NCBI GenBank assembly: GCA_045590955.1
Contig: JAZNSB010000012.1
Span: 1 to 46,307, forward strand
Direction: 5' to 3'
Length of the DNA: 46,307 bases
DNA from: Alphaproteobacteria bacterium
GTDB taxonomy: Bacteria > Pseudomonadota > Alphaproteobacteria > RF32 > CAG-239
Under the pieces are notes generated by a model. That model searched no databases. It had not been told where the DNA came from and was given only the letters and a program-made list of their open reading frames with translations. This document shows, piece by piece, positions 28,069 to 38,082 of the stretch; the stretch's first letter is position 1; every line of letters starts with the position of its first letter. The translations under genes and the position numbers were made by a program.

Positions 28069-28557
28069 ATGAATAAACAGACAATAATTGAAGAAATTAA
28101 ACCAAACAGGCCTCGTCTGACGGAAACTTTATTGAAGTATAGTCAAACGGATACATTGTTATTTTTTTCTGATAATCAACAATTGTTTGAAGAGCAAAGA
28201 CAAAAATGGAATCCGTTTTTAAAATGGTATGAGCAATTTTTGCAGGCAGAAGTGAAACCAACACAATCATTAAAACCAGATGAAAAAAATTTAAAAATTT
28301 TACCAAAGCTGGAGAAGTTTTTTGAACAGATGTCTGATGAAGATTTTGCAAAAACATATTATTTGACTTGTAATATGCGTTCTGTTTGTTTGGGATTAGC
28401 GGTGGTTTGTGGTTCTTTTGATTTGGAAAAAGTTCTTGAAGCTGCTTTTTTGGAAGAAATATGGCAGTCAAAAGAATGGGGAGAAGATAATGAGCTTGCC
28501 CAAAGGAGAAAAGATCTTTTAGTTCAATCACAGAGGTTTTTGGAGTTGTTTGCTTAA
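28069..28557 (+). CDS. ATP12-family chaperone, N-terminally shortened
   Basis: LLKYSQTDTLLF...EQRQKWNPFLKW...SVCLGLAV...AAFLEEIWQSKEWGEDNE matches the ATP12 core; ATP12 is typically syntenic with rarA/rluA/asmA. Confidence 0.82.
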   Translation: MNKQTIIEEIKPNRPRLTETLLKYSQTDTLLFFSDNQQLFEEQRQKWNPFLKWYEQFLQAEVKPTQSLKPDEKNLKILPKLEKFFEQMSDEDFAKTYYLTCNMRSVCLGLAVVCGSFDLEKVLEAAFLEEIWQSKEWGEDNELAQRRKDLLVQSQRFLELFA

Positions 28558-28839
28558 ATGGAAGTGTTGTTAAATATAAGCGGAAGAGTTCAGCATGTGT
28601 GGTTTAGAAGCTGGGCTGTAAAAACAGCTTATGAAATAGGCGGAATTTCCGGCTGGGTTAGAAATATGGAAAATTCTGACGTGCAAATTTATATGAAAGG
28701 CAAAAGTAATGCCGTTGATATGATGATTGCAAAGTGTTATAGAGGACCGTTTTTGGCCAGGGTTGATAGAATTGATATAAAAACCAAAGATTTTGGCAGT
28801 TTGCCGGAAATTACAGAAGGCAAGTTTTTTCAATTATAA
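28558..28839 (+). CDS. acyP: Acylphosphatase
   Basis: ISGRVQHVWFRSW...SGWVRN...YRGPFLARVD; catalytic Arg and Asn present. Confidence 0.92.
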   Translation: MEVLLNISGRVQHVWFRSWAVKTAYEIGGISGWVRNMENSDVQIYMKGKSNAVDMMIAKCYRGPFLARVDRIDIKTKDFGSLPEITEGKFFQL

Positions 28840-28910
28840 AACTAATAGGATATTGTTTTTTGCAAGATGCATAAATATCTCTGTTGTGATAAATAATAAC
28901 GGAGGTAAAT

Positions 28911-29186
28911 ATGAATGTGGAAAGAACAAAAGAAAACCTATCTCAATGTAAATGTATGAAATGCCCATCTTATACAAATAAATGCAAATTTGAAAATATG
29001 TCCGAAAATTTGATGCATATGATGCAGAATTTAAAAGATACCAATCATTTTGAGGGCATGTTTTGTGCCTTTGAAAAAAGTAAATGCATTAAAGAAGATA
29101 AAGGCTGTTTGTGTAAAGAATGCCCGATTTACAAAAATTATGGGTTGAACAAAGAGGATTATTGTTTGCAAACAGGCGGAAAGTAA
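28911..29186 (+). CDS. Small Cys-rich protein, DUF2769-like
   Basis: CKCMKCPSY...FCAFEKSKCIKEDKGCLCKECPIY..YGL...YC; 10 Cys in 91 aa; SD GGAGG. Confidence 0.8.
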   Translation: MNVERTKENLSQCKCMKCPSYTNKCKFENMSENLMHMMQNLKDTNHFEGMFCAFEKSKCIKEDKGCLCKECPIYKNYGLNKEDYCLQTGGK

Positions 29187-29196
29187 AAGGTGTGTG

Positions 29197-30156
29197 ATGA
29201 TTTTTTCAAAATTGGTGAAACATTTTTTTGGAACACAAGAAAAACCAACGATTAATCCAAAAGTTAAATTTGAAAGTTCTGAAGCTCTTTTGTTTAATGC
29301 TCTTAATAAAGCAAATTCTTCTGCTCAGGCATACAGATACGCTTCTGAAATTGCAAAGAAATCGTTAGATTTGGATAAAAAAATAAAGGCCCTGAAAAGG
29401 GTATTAGATATTTGTGAAAAAGAGTATTCTTCTACAAGAATTGCGAATCCAAAATTAAATTTAATTATGAATTGGGCTTATGCCAATTTGGCAGATGTAT
29501 GGATGCAAAAAACCGTGGAGGAAGAAGATGTTGCAATAAAAAAAGAACAAACATCAAAAGCTTTGATGTATTATAATCTGGCTTATTCATATGCAAAAAC
29601 TAATGCAGATAAAATAAAAATTTTGCGCAAAATGGCAGTGATTTATCAGGCTATCGGCGAAGAAGAAAAGTGGTGGAAATCTATGGAAAATGTGGCCGCA
29701 CTTACACCTGATGATACCAAAAAAAACGTGTATGAAGAGTTGGCGCATTTGTCACCAACAAGCGAAAGAAAAAAGAAATATCTGGATATGGCTTTGCAAT
29801 ATGTAATGAATGAAAATACGTCGGTATTTAATAAATGTCAGACAACTTTGCAAATTGCCGAAGAGCTGAAACAAATTTATGTAAAAGACGGAGATTATGC
29901 AAGATTGGACAGAATTAATATGCTGATTGATAAGACAGCTTTGCTTTTGATTGATGACTTGGAACAAAAAATTTTAACGGAAGAAAGCAGGGAAAAAAAG
30001 ATTGAAATGGAAGTGAAGCTTTTGCGTTTTGAACAAAGGTATCTTAAACTTTCTGAAGAACAACACCAACAAAGAATAAAGCATATTTATTCTTTGATGA
30101 AAAGCGGTGAAAAAATCAGACTCAAAGAAGATGGGCAGTTTTTATATAAATCATAA
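29197..30156 (+). CDS. Hypothetical TPR-like helical protein
   Basis: WAYANLADVW...ALMYYNLAYSYA...ILRKMAVIYQAIG are TPR-like helix pairs; in-frame GTG at 29194. Confidence 0.7.
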   Translation: MIFSKLVKHFFGTQEKPTINPKVKFESSEALLFNALNKANSSAQAYRYASEIAKKSLDLDKKIKALKRVLDICEKEYSSTRIANPKLNLIMNWAYANLADVWMQKTVEEEDVAIKKEQTSKALMYYNLAYSYAKTNADKIKILRKMAVIYQAIGEEEKWWKSMENVAALTPDDTKKNVYEELAHLSPTSERKKKYLDMALQYVMNENTSVFNKCQTTLQIAEELKQIYVKDGDYARLDRINMLIDKTALLLIDDLEQKILTEESREKKIEMEVKLLRFEQRYLKLSEEQHQQRIKHIYSLMKSGEKIRLKEDGQFLYKS

Positions 30157-31521
30157 TGTTTGCAAAAACTCTTCTTTTTTGTGTTTTAACATTTCTTCAT
30201 TTTGAGCGCTAAGATTTGCCTTTTTTCTGGCAATGGTATATTGAGGTAACATGGCTTTTTGTTCTTCGGTGAAGTGAATGCGAATTGTTTTACCTTGTCC
30301 CGCAGAAACTTTTTGAGTAATTTGTCCGGTAAAAGCATCTTCAAAAGAGTCTAATGTCAGACAATAATTTTTTAAGCTGTTCGGTAATAAAAACTCTATG
30401 CTTTCTCCGGCTTCAATATAGTTTCTTAATTCAAACAATGCATCATTACCTTCCCATTTTACAATGGATCCGGCAAAAAGCCAGTCGCCAAGCGTTCTGG
30501 TATATTCATAATTTTGTTCTAAAGGGGTAATGGAGCCGTTCCAAAAACCTAAACAGTAGCCTCTGTTTTGCAAGCTGTCTAATTCCGGCATGTATTTTTG
30601 AAAATTCCAGTCAGAGGGGTTGTTGTAATAATCTTTTATGGCTTGAGAATATGCTCTTGCCACAACTCCGGCATAGTATTCTGTTTTGTTTCTGCCTTCC
30701 ACCTTTAGCGAATCGATACCAAGATCAAGAAGTTGGTTTAATTTTGGCATTAAACATAAATCTTTTGAGTTCATAACATATGAACCATGTTCGTCTTCTA
30801 TTAATTCATAAAGTTGATCAGGACGAAAATCTTCTTGCAATAAAAATTGAAACGAATCTTTGTTGTTTTCATCAATAACCAATTCTCTGACAGAACCGTC
30901 GTTTAATTTGACGTGGAGTTTATAGTGCCATCTGCAACAGTGAGCGCATTTGCCTTTGTTGGCACTGCGGTCTGCTAAGAAATTGGAGATGAGACATCTG
31001 CCGGAATATGACATACACATTGCTCCGTGCATAAATGTTTCTAACCTAATATCCGGACATTTTTGTCGTATTTCTTTGAGCTCTTCATAAGAAACTTCTC
31101 TGCCTAAAACGCATAGACTTGCTCCTAAAGAGTGCCAAAAGTTGACTGTATGAAATGAGCATACATTGGCTTGAGTTGATATGTGCAACTTTAATTCTGG
31201 TGCGTGTTCTTTAACAAAATGGAAAACGCCCGGGTCTGCAACAAGAACACCGTCAGGATTTAAAGTTTGTAAGGTTTTTACGAAATTGGGAAGTTTGGAA
31301 ATATCTTGGTTGTGAGCAAACAGATTTAAGGTAAGGTATATGCGTTTGCCTTTTGAATGAACAAAATCTATGCCTTGGGCAATATCTTCCATGGAAAAAG
31401 ATGACTGAGCTCTTAAGCTCATATCCGGAGTTCCGGCATATACAGCATCAGCACCATATAAAATGGCAGTTTTAAGTTTTGTTAAAGAGCCGGCAGGCAT
31501 TAAAAGTTCTGATTTTTTCAT
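30151..31521 (-). CDS. trhP: Peptidase U32 family, TrhP/YegQ-like tRNA hydroxylase
   Basis: ELLMPAG...YGADAVYAG...HISTQAN...ETFMHGAMCMSYSGRCLIS...GKCAHCCRW...SLKVEGR; Fe-S Cys set present. Confidence 0.88.
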   Translation of the reverse strand: MKKSELLMPAGSLTKLKTAILYGADAVYAGTPDMSLRAQSSFSMEDIAQGIDFVHSKGKRIYLTLNLFAHNQDISKLPNFVKTLQTLNPDGVLVADPGVFHFVKEHAPELKLHISTQANVCSFHTVNFWHSLGASLCVLGREVSYEELKEIRQKCPDIRLETFMHGAMCMSYSGRCLISNFLADRSANKGKCAHCCRWHYKLHVKLNDGSVRELVIDENNKDSFQFLLQEDFRPDQLYELIEDEHGSYVMNSKDLCLMPKLNQLLDLGIDSLKVEGRNKTEYYAGVVARAYSQAIKDYYNNPSDWNFQKYMPELDSLQNRGYCLGFWNGSITPLEQNYEYTRTLGDWLFAGSIVKWEGNDALFELRNYIEAGESIEFLLPNSLKNYCLTLDSFEDAFTGQITQKVSAGQGKTIRIHFTEEQKAMLPQYTIARKKANLSAQNEEMLKHKKEEFLQTL

Positions 31522-31602
31522 AAAGAAATTCCTTTTTATCTTCCAATCTTAAAATTATGTGGCATAATAACACCGTTTTGCGCAATTATAAAGGAAAATT
31601 TA

Positions 31603-32535
31603 GTGGATAAGGTAAAAAACAGGGTAATTATCATTGCAGGACCGACAGCTTCAGGAAAAAGCGCATTGGCAATTGATGTGGCAGGAAGCCTAAATGGTGT
31701 GGTGATAAATGCAGATTCACAACAGGTATATAAAGATACACCAATTCTTTCTGCTTGTCCGAGTGAAGAAGATAAAACTTTAGTAGAACATAGGCTGTAT
31801 CAAATTTATGAAGCTGAGCATCATGGAAATGTGGTTGATTGGTTAACTAAGGCCGTGGAAGAAATTAAAGATTTATGGGCAAATGATAAAATACCGGTAT
31901 TGGTTGGCGGTTCGGGAATGTATATTGATAATTTGCTGAATGGAGTAACACCAATTGAAGAAATATCTCAAGAAACTAAAGATTTAGTGGAGAAGCAAAT
32001 ACAACAAAACGGACTTAAGTTTGTTTATGATAAGCTTGATGAAGAAACAAAACAACAAATTCATGAAAATGATGCAACCAGAGTTTCAAGAGCATATGCA
32101 GTGTGGCTTCAGACAGGAAAAACATTGGCATATTGGCACTCTTTGCCAAAAATTAAAAAACTACCCGAAGCTAAATTTTTTGTGGTAAAAATTTTGCCAA
32201 GTGTTGAACAAACAGATGAATTTTGTGCGTTAAGGTTTGAAAAAATGATGCAAAACGGTGTGGTGGATGAGGTGAAAGTATTAAAAGCTAAAAATTTATC
32301 TAAAACATTGCCGGCCATGAAAACATTGGGAGTGCCGGAAATAATAGATTATTTGGAAGAAAAAATTTCTCTCGGTGAACTGGAAAATTTAATTAAATTA
32401 AGAACCAGGCAATATGCAAAAAGACAAAGAACATGGTTTGCAAATAAATTAAAAGCAGATGTTCAAATAAATGAAATTTATACAGGCCAAAAAAATCTGT
32501 TAAAAAACATTATAGACCTTGCACAAAAGGACTAA
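31603..32535 (+). CDS. miaA: tRNA dimethylallyltransferase (GTG start)
   Basis: IAGPTASGKS...INADSQQVY...VGGSGMY...TRQYAKRQRTWF. Confidence 0.98.
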   Translation: MDKVKNRVIIIAGPTASGKSALAIDVAGSLNGVVINADSQQVYKDTPILSACPSEEDKTLVEHRLYQIYEAEHHGNVVDWLTKAVEEIKDLWANDKIPVLVGGSGMYIDNLLNGVTPIEEISQETKDLVEKQIQQNGLKFVYDKLDEETKQQIHENDATRVSRAYAVWLQTGKTLAYWHSLPKIKKLPEAKFFVVKILPSVEQTDEFCALRFEKMMQNGVVDEVKVLKAKNLSKTLPAMKTLGVPEIIDYLEEKISLGELENLIKLRTRQYAKRQRTWFANKLKADVQINEIYTGQKNLLKNIIDLAQKD

Positions 32536-32562
32536 ACGATATAAAACAATTTATACAAATAA

Positions 32563-33624
<1,062 letters not shown>

Positions 33625-33648
33625 TTCCTTTTAAAAGGCAGATGCAAA

Positions 33649-34521
33649 ATGAAACGAAAGAGAAATTTGTTTGTTCATTTAGGTCAGATTAGACTTTTGA
33701 TGCAAAAATTTTCTCTTTTGTTGTTATTTGTGCTTGTCTTTTCTTTGATGCTTTTAGATAAAACAGAAAATGTTATTGCGACACAGGCAAATTCTTTTGC
33801 GGTTAGAGTGATGGCGCCGGTTGTTAATGTTTTGGTAAAGCCGGCAAATTTTTTTGCAGATGCTTATAAACACGTGGTAAATTTTGGTAAAACTTATGAA
33901 GAAAATAAGCAACTGAGAGCAGAAAATTTGGAGCTTTTGGTAATTAAAGGCAGAGTTACCGCTTTGGAAATTGAAAACAAAATACTTTCACAATTGTCAA
34001 ATTTTATTACTCCTGACGAGGTTTCTTTTGTAACCGCAAAAGTTTTGGCTGAAGAAAGTGATGCTTTTGCTCATTCTTTACTTGCGTATGTTGGAGAAAA
34101 CACTGAAGTAAAAAAAGGACATGTGGTTATGTCTGATAAAGGTGTAGTTGGAAGAATTGATAAAATTGCCGGAAAATATGCAAAAATTATTTTAGCCACA
34201 GATATTAACTCTAAAATACCCGTGTTGGTGGAACGCACAAGAGTAAAAGGAATGCTTTCCGGAGATAATACTCCTTTACCAAAAATGGATTTTTTGCCAC
34301 TGGATGCCGAACTTACTGTGGGAGATATTGTTATAACATCGGGAGTGGCAGGCGTTTTTCCTGCCGGATTGCCAATAGGAAAAATTGTCAGTGTAGAAAA
34401 ACATAATGTAAGAATTAAAATGTTTAGCGCAATTGACAGGTTGGAATATGTGAAAATCATCAATTATGATCTTGATGGATTAATAGATGAAAGCAAGAAA
34501 GAAGTGGTTGATGAAAAGTGA
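33649..34521 (+). CDS. mreC: Rod shape-determining protein MreC
   Basis: TM, coiled coil, KGVVGRI...DINSKIPVLV...ITSGVAGVFPAGLPIG. Confidence 0.96.
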   Translation: MKRKRNLFVHLGQIRLLMQKFSLLLLFVLVFSLMLLDKTENVIATQANSFAVRVMAPVVNVLVKPANFFADAYKHVVNFGKTYEENKQLRAENLELLVIKGRVTALEIENKILSQLSNFITPDEVSFVTAKVLAEESDAFAHSLLAYVGENTEVKKGHVVMSDKGVVGRIDKIAGKYAKIILATDINSKIPVLVERTRVKGMLSGDNTPLPKMDFLPLDAELTVGDIVITSGVAGVFPAGLPIGKIVSVEKHNVRIKMFSAIDRLEYVKIINYDLDGLIDESKKEVVDEK

Positions 34522-35029
34522 TGTAAAAGAAAATCTGATTGTATATGTAAAACACACCACCCCGTTGTTGGTGTCTTTGTTTTTATTGATTATGTCTTAT
34601 TTTTCAATGGGTGCTACCGTCTCAAATGATATTAAACCTTGTTTGGGTTTAATATGTATATATTTTTGGATGATATACAGGCAAGATATTTTCGGATTGG
34701 CGAGTGTTTTTATTTTAGGTTTTGTAAATGATATTATCAGCACGGCTCCGTTTGGAACAAATTTGTTTGAGGTTTTGTTGTTGTATGTTTTAATTAATAA
34801 TTTTTATAAGTTTATTAACGGAAAATCTTTTTTGGTCGTTTGGTGTGGTTTTGCTGTGTTGGCTTTGGCTGTGATGCTTTCTAAGTGGCTGTTGATATCT
34901 GTGTACTATGCACAGTTTTTGCCGTTGCATGTGTTGATGTTTTCTTTTTTTATGACTGTTGCATTTTATCCGTTAATAAGTCTGGTAAATTCTTTTGTTT
35001 CCGAAAAAATTATTGGAGATGAAGAATGA
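34511..35029 (+). CDS. mreD: Rod shape-determining protein MreD
   Basis: Multi-TM protein between mreC and mrdA; IYFWMIYR...VFILGFVNDIISTAPFG. ATG 34511 overlaps mreC by 11 nt. Confidence 0.9.
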   Translation: MKSDVKENLIVYVKHTTPLLVSLFLLIMSYFSMGATVSNDIKPCLGLICIYFWMIYRQDIFGLASVFILGFVNDIISTAPFGTNLFEVLLLYVLINNFYKFINGKSFLVVWCGFAVLALAVMLSKWLLISVYYAQFLPLHVLMFSFFMTVAFYPLISLVNSFVSEKIIGDEE

Positions 35030-36864
35030 ATAGAGATAACGATAAAGGTAAAATTCTAATTGCCAGAACAATGATTTTGATGCTGGTGGAGTTGCTTGTT
35101 TTCTTGGTTATTTTATGCAGAATATACTATTTGCAAGTTTATCAGGCAGATAAATATGCAACCATGGCCGATGAAAATAGAATTTCTACAAGATTAATTA
35201 TTCCGCCCAGAGGAATAATTACAGACAGAAACGGAATACAGTTGGCAAATAATCAGCAAAATTTCCAAGCATTGTTAATTGCGGAACAGGCAGTAAATGT
35301 AAAACAAACAATAGAAACGTTTAAAAAAATAATGCCACTTACGGAACATGAGGAAGAAAAAATATATAAAGATTTAAAACGTAAGAAAAAATTTATGCCG
35401 GTAAAAATAAAAGATAATCTTAAATGGGATGAAGTGGCTAAAATTCAATTGAATGCACCTGATTTGCCGGGAATTTTTATTGATGAAGGACTAACAAGAT
35501 ATTATCCGTTGGCAGAAAAAACCGCCCACGTTGTCGGATATGTTTCTTCTGTTTCCGATAAAGATGTAATAGACGATCCAATGTTGGAAATGCCGGGTTT
35601 TAAAATTGGTAAAACCGGAATGGAAAAGTTTTTTGAAAAAAAATTACGAGGCAATGGCGGTAGCTTGAAATTAGAGGTAAATGCATATGGCCGAATAATG
35701 AAACAAATAGAAAGAATTGACGGAAAAGCAGGAGATAATATAAAGCTGACTTTAGATGCCAGATTGCAAGAAACTGCTTTTGATGCTTTTGGACAAGAAA
35801 GCGGAGCTGCAGTGTTGTTGGATGTTCATACGGGAGAAATTTTAGCATTTGTTTCCGCACCGTCTTTTGATGCAAATAAAATGTCTCAGGGAATGTCAGG
35901 ACAAGAGTGGAATGAACTTATGAACAATGAAAAAAAACCATTGAACAATAAGGCAATATCAGGTCTGTATTCTCCGGGTTCTACTTTTAAAATGCTGGTG
36001 GCTTTGGCCGGGCTTGAAAATGCTGTAATTAAGGCGGCAACCCATGTTTTTTGTAACGGAAAAATGGAGTTTGGAAACCATTTATTCCATTGTTGGAAAG
36101 ATGAAGGTCACGAACATACAAATTTAATAGAAGCTTTAAAGCATTCTTGCGATATTTTCTTTTATGAAATTTCTCAAAGAATTGGAATTGATGAAATTGC
36201 AAGGTTTGCAAGAATGTTTGGTTTGGGGCAGATACATAATGTGGGATTGGAAAATGAAAAAAAGGGAATTATTCCTGATAAAAATTGGAAAATGGCCACA
36301 CATAAAGATAAATGGCAACAAGGAGAAACTCTTATTGCAGGAATTGGACAGGGATATATTTTAACAAATCCTTTGCAACTTGCCGTAATGACAGCAAGAC
36401 TGGTAAATGGCGGATATGAAATAAAGCCTACATTTTTGCCTTTGTCTCAAAATCAAAAAGAAAAAATTAAAAAAATAAATGTTTCAAACTATAATTTAGA
36501 ACTCATAAAAAAGGGTATGTTTGCCGTTGTAAATGAAAAAGAAGGAACTGCTTATTGGTCCAGATTTAATGTTAACGGTCAAAAAATGGCAGGTAAAACC
36601 GGAACTACTCAGGTTAGAAGAATTTCTCTGAAAGAAAGACAAACAGGAGTGCTTAAACAGGAAGAGCTGCCTTGGAAATTAAGAAATCATGCGTTGTTTG
36701 TAGGCTATGCTCCGGCACAGAACCCTAAATATGCATTGGCCGTTTTGGTAGAACACGGTGGTGGCGGTTCTACCGTGGCAGCTCCAATAGCAAAAAAAAT
36801 ACTGATGGAAGCCATACAACTGGATCCGACAAAACAGATTTTGGAGGCAACTGATGGATTATAA
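35026..36864 (+). CDS. mrdA: Penicillin-binding protein 2
   Basis: PPRGIITDRNG; SxxK (PGSTFK), SxD (HSCDIFF), KTG (GKTGTTQ). Confidence 0.98.
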   Translation: MNRDNDKGKILIARTMILMLVELLVFLVILCRIYYLQVYQADKYATMADENRISTRLIIPPRGIITDRNGIQLANNQQNFQALLIAEQAVNVKQTIETFKKIMPLTEHEEEKIYKDLKRKKKFMPVKIKDNLKWDEVAKIQLNAPDLPGIFIDEGLTRYYPLAEKTAHVVGYVSSVSDKDVIDDPMLEMPGFKIGKTGMEKFFEKKLRGNGGSLKLEVNAYGRIMKQIERIDGKAGDNIKLTLDARLQETAFDAFGQESGAAVLLDVHTGEILAFVSAPSFDANKMSQGMSGQEWNELMNNEKKPLNNKAISGLYSPGSTFKMLVALAGLENAVIKAATHVFCNGKMEFGNHLFHCWKDEGHEHTNLIEALKHSCDIFFYEISQRIGIDEIARFARMFGLGQIHNVGLENEKKGIIPDKNWKMATHKDKWQQGETLIAGIGQGYILTNPLQLAVMTARLVNGGYEIKPTFLPLSQNQKEKIKKINVSNYNLELIKKGMFAVVNEKEGTAYWSRFNVNGQKMAGKTGTTQVRRISLKERQTGVLKQEELPWKLRNHALFVGYAPAQNPKYALAVLVEHGGGGSTVAAPIAKKILMEAIQLDPTKQILEATDGL

Positions 36865-38017
36865 GTATTATGAAGCAGGCATAAAAAGCCAACAGATGAC
36901 CCTAAAAGAAAAAATTTTTAATATAAGTTTTTCTTATGTTATGCTTATTGTATTGTTGGCATCAATAGGAACTTTAATGCTTTATTCCGCAGCAAACGGA
37001 AGTTGGTATCCGTGGGCTATGCCCCATATTATAAGATTTATGGTGGCTTTTGCCATAATGATTGTTTTAGCGCTGGTTGATATTAAATTGATTGTAAAAT
37101 ATAGCTATACTTTTTATTTCATTTCTTTGCTGTTGCTGTTGGCTGTTGAAGTAACAGGACATATAGGAATGGGAGCTCAGCGCTGGATTAATTTTGGGTT
37201 GTTCAGGTTGCAACCGTCAGAGCTGATGAAAATTGCTTTGGTAATGGCTTTGGCAAAGTATTTTCATGGAGCTTCTTTACAAACAATTAAAAGCATAAGA
37301 GGAATAATTTTTCCGCTGATGTTGGCTTTTGTGCCGGCAGTGTTGATTGTAATTCAACCGGATTTGGGAACGTGCTTGTTGTTGTTATTTACAACAGCAA
37401 TAATTATGTTTGTTGTGGGAATTCAATGGTGGAAATTTGCAGCCGTGTTTGTTGCGGCAGTTGGTGCAATGCCTGTGGCTTGGCATTTTTTACATGACTA
37501 TCAAAAAGAAAGAGTGCTGACATTTTTTAATCCGGAAAGAGACCCGCTTGGAGCCGGCTACCATATTATTCAATCTAAAATAGCTTTAGGGTCAGGGGGA
37601 ATTTTCGGAAAAGGATTTTTAAATGGAACGCAAAGCCATCTTAACTTCTTACCTGAAAAACACACCGATTTTATTTTTACAATGTTGTCTGAAGAGTTTG
37701 GAATGATTGGTGCTTACTTTGTGTTGGCAATAAACATATTAATTGTTTTATACGGATATTTTTTTGCAATCAGAAGTGCAAGCTATTATGGAAAATTGTT
37801 GGCAATCGGTTTGGCTACAAATTATTTTTTGTATGTGGCAATTAACATTGCAATGGTTTTGGGCCTTTTACCTGTGGTTGGTATTCCTTTGCCCCTGATA
37901 TCTTATGGCGGAACGGTAATGCTATCTGTGATGGCAAGTTTTGGACTGATTTTAAATGTAAACATTAACAAGAATGTGTTTATGGGAAAAGGTGTGGGCG
38001 ACAGAAATGATTTGTAA
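36854..38017 (+). CDS. rodA: Rod shape-determining protein RodA (SEDS)
   Basis: GAQRWINFG..RLQPSELMK...QPDLGT...QSKIALGSGG...FLPEKHTDFIF...PLISYGGT. Confidence 0.98.
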   Translation: MDYKYYEAGIKSQQMTLKEKIFNISFSYVMLIVLLASIGTLMLYSAANGSWYPWAMPHIIRFMVAFAIMIVLALVDIKLIVKYSYTFYFISLLLLLAVEVTGHIGMGAQRWINFGLFRLQPSELMKIALVMALAKYFHGASLQTIKSIRGIIFPLMLAFVPAVLIVIQPDLGTCLLLLFTTAIIMFVVGIQWWKFAAVFVAAVGAMPVAWHFLHDYQKERVLTFFNPERDPLGAGYHIIQSKIALGSGGIFGKGFLNGTQSHLNFLPEKHTDFIFTMLSEEFGMIGAYFVLAINILIVLYGYFFAIRSASYYGKLLAIGLATNYFLYVAINIAMVLGLLPVVGIPLPLISYGGTVMLSVMASFGLILNVNINKNVFMGKGVGDRNDL

Positions 38018-38082
38018 TTGTTAGGCTTTTATTTAGAAATTTGTTTTATAATAAAAAATAGATTTTAGATATTGAGGTAAAA

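Noticed and set aside
20737-29240. Similar basic/aromatic N-termini of the pentapeptide (MVGFFSKSKKK) and TPR-like (MIFSKLVKHFF) proteins as a shared export signal
   Set aside because: Too short and compositionally expected in an AT-rich genome (Phe/Lys codons).
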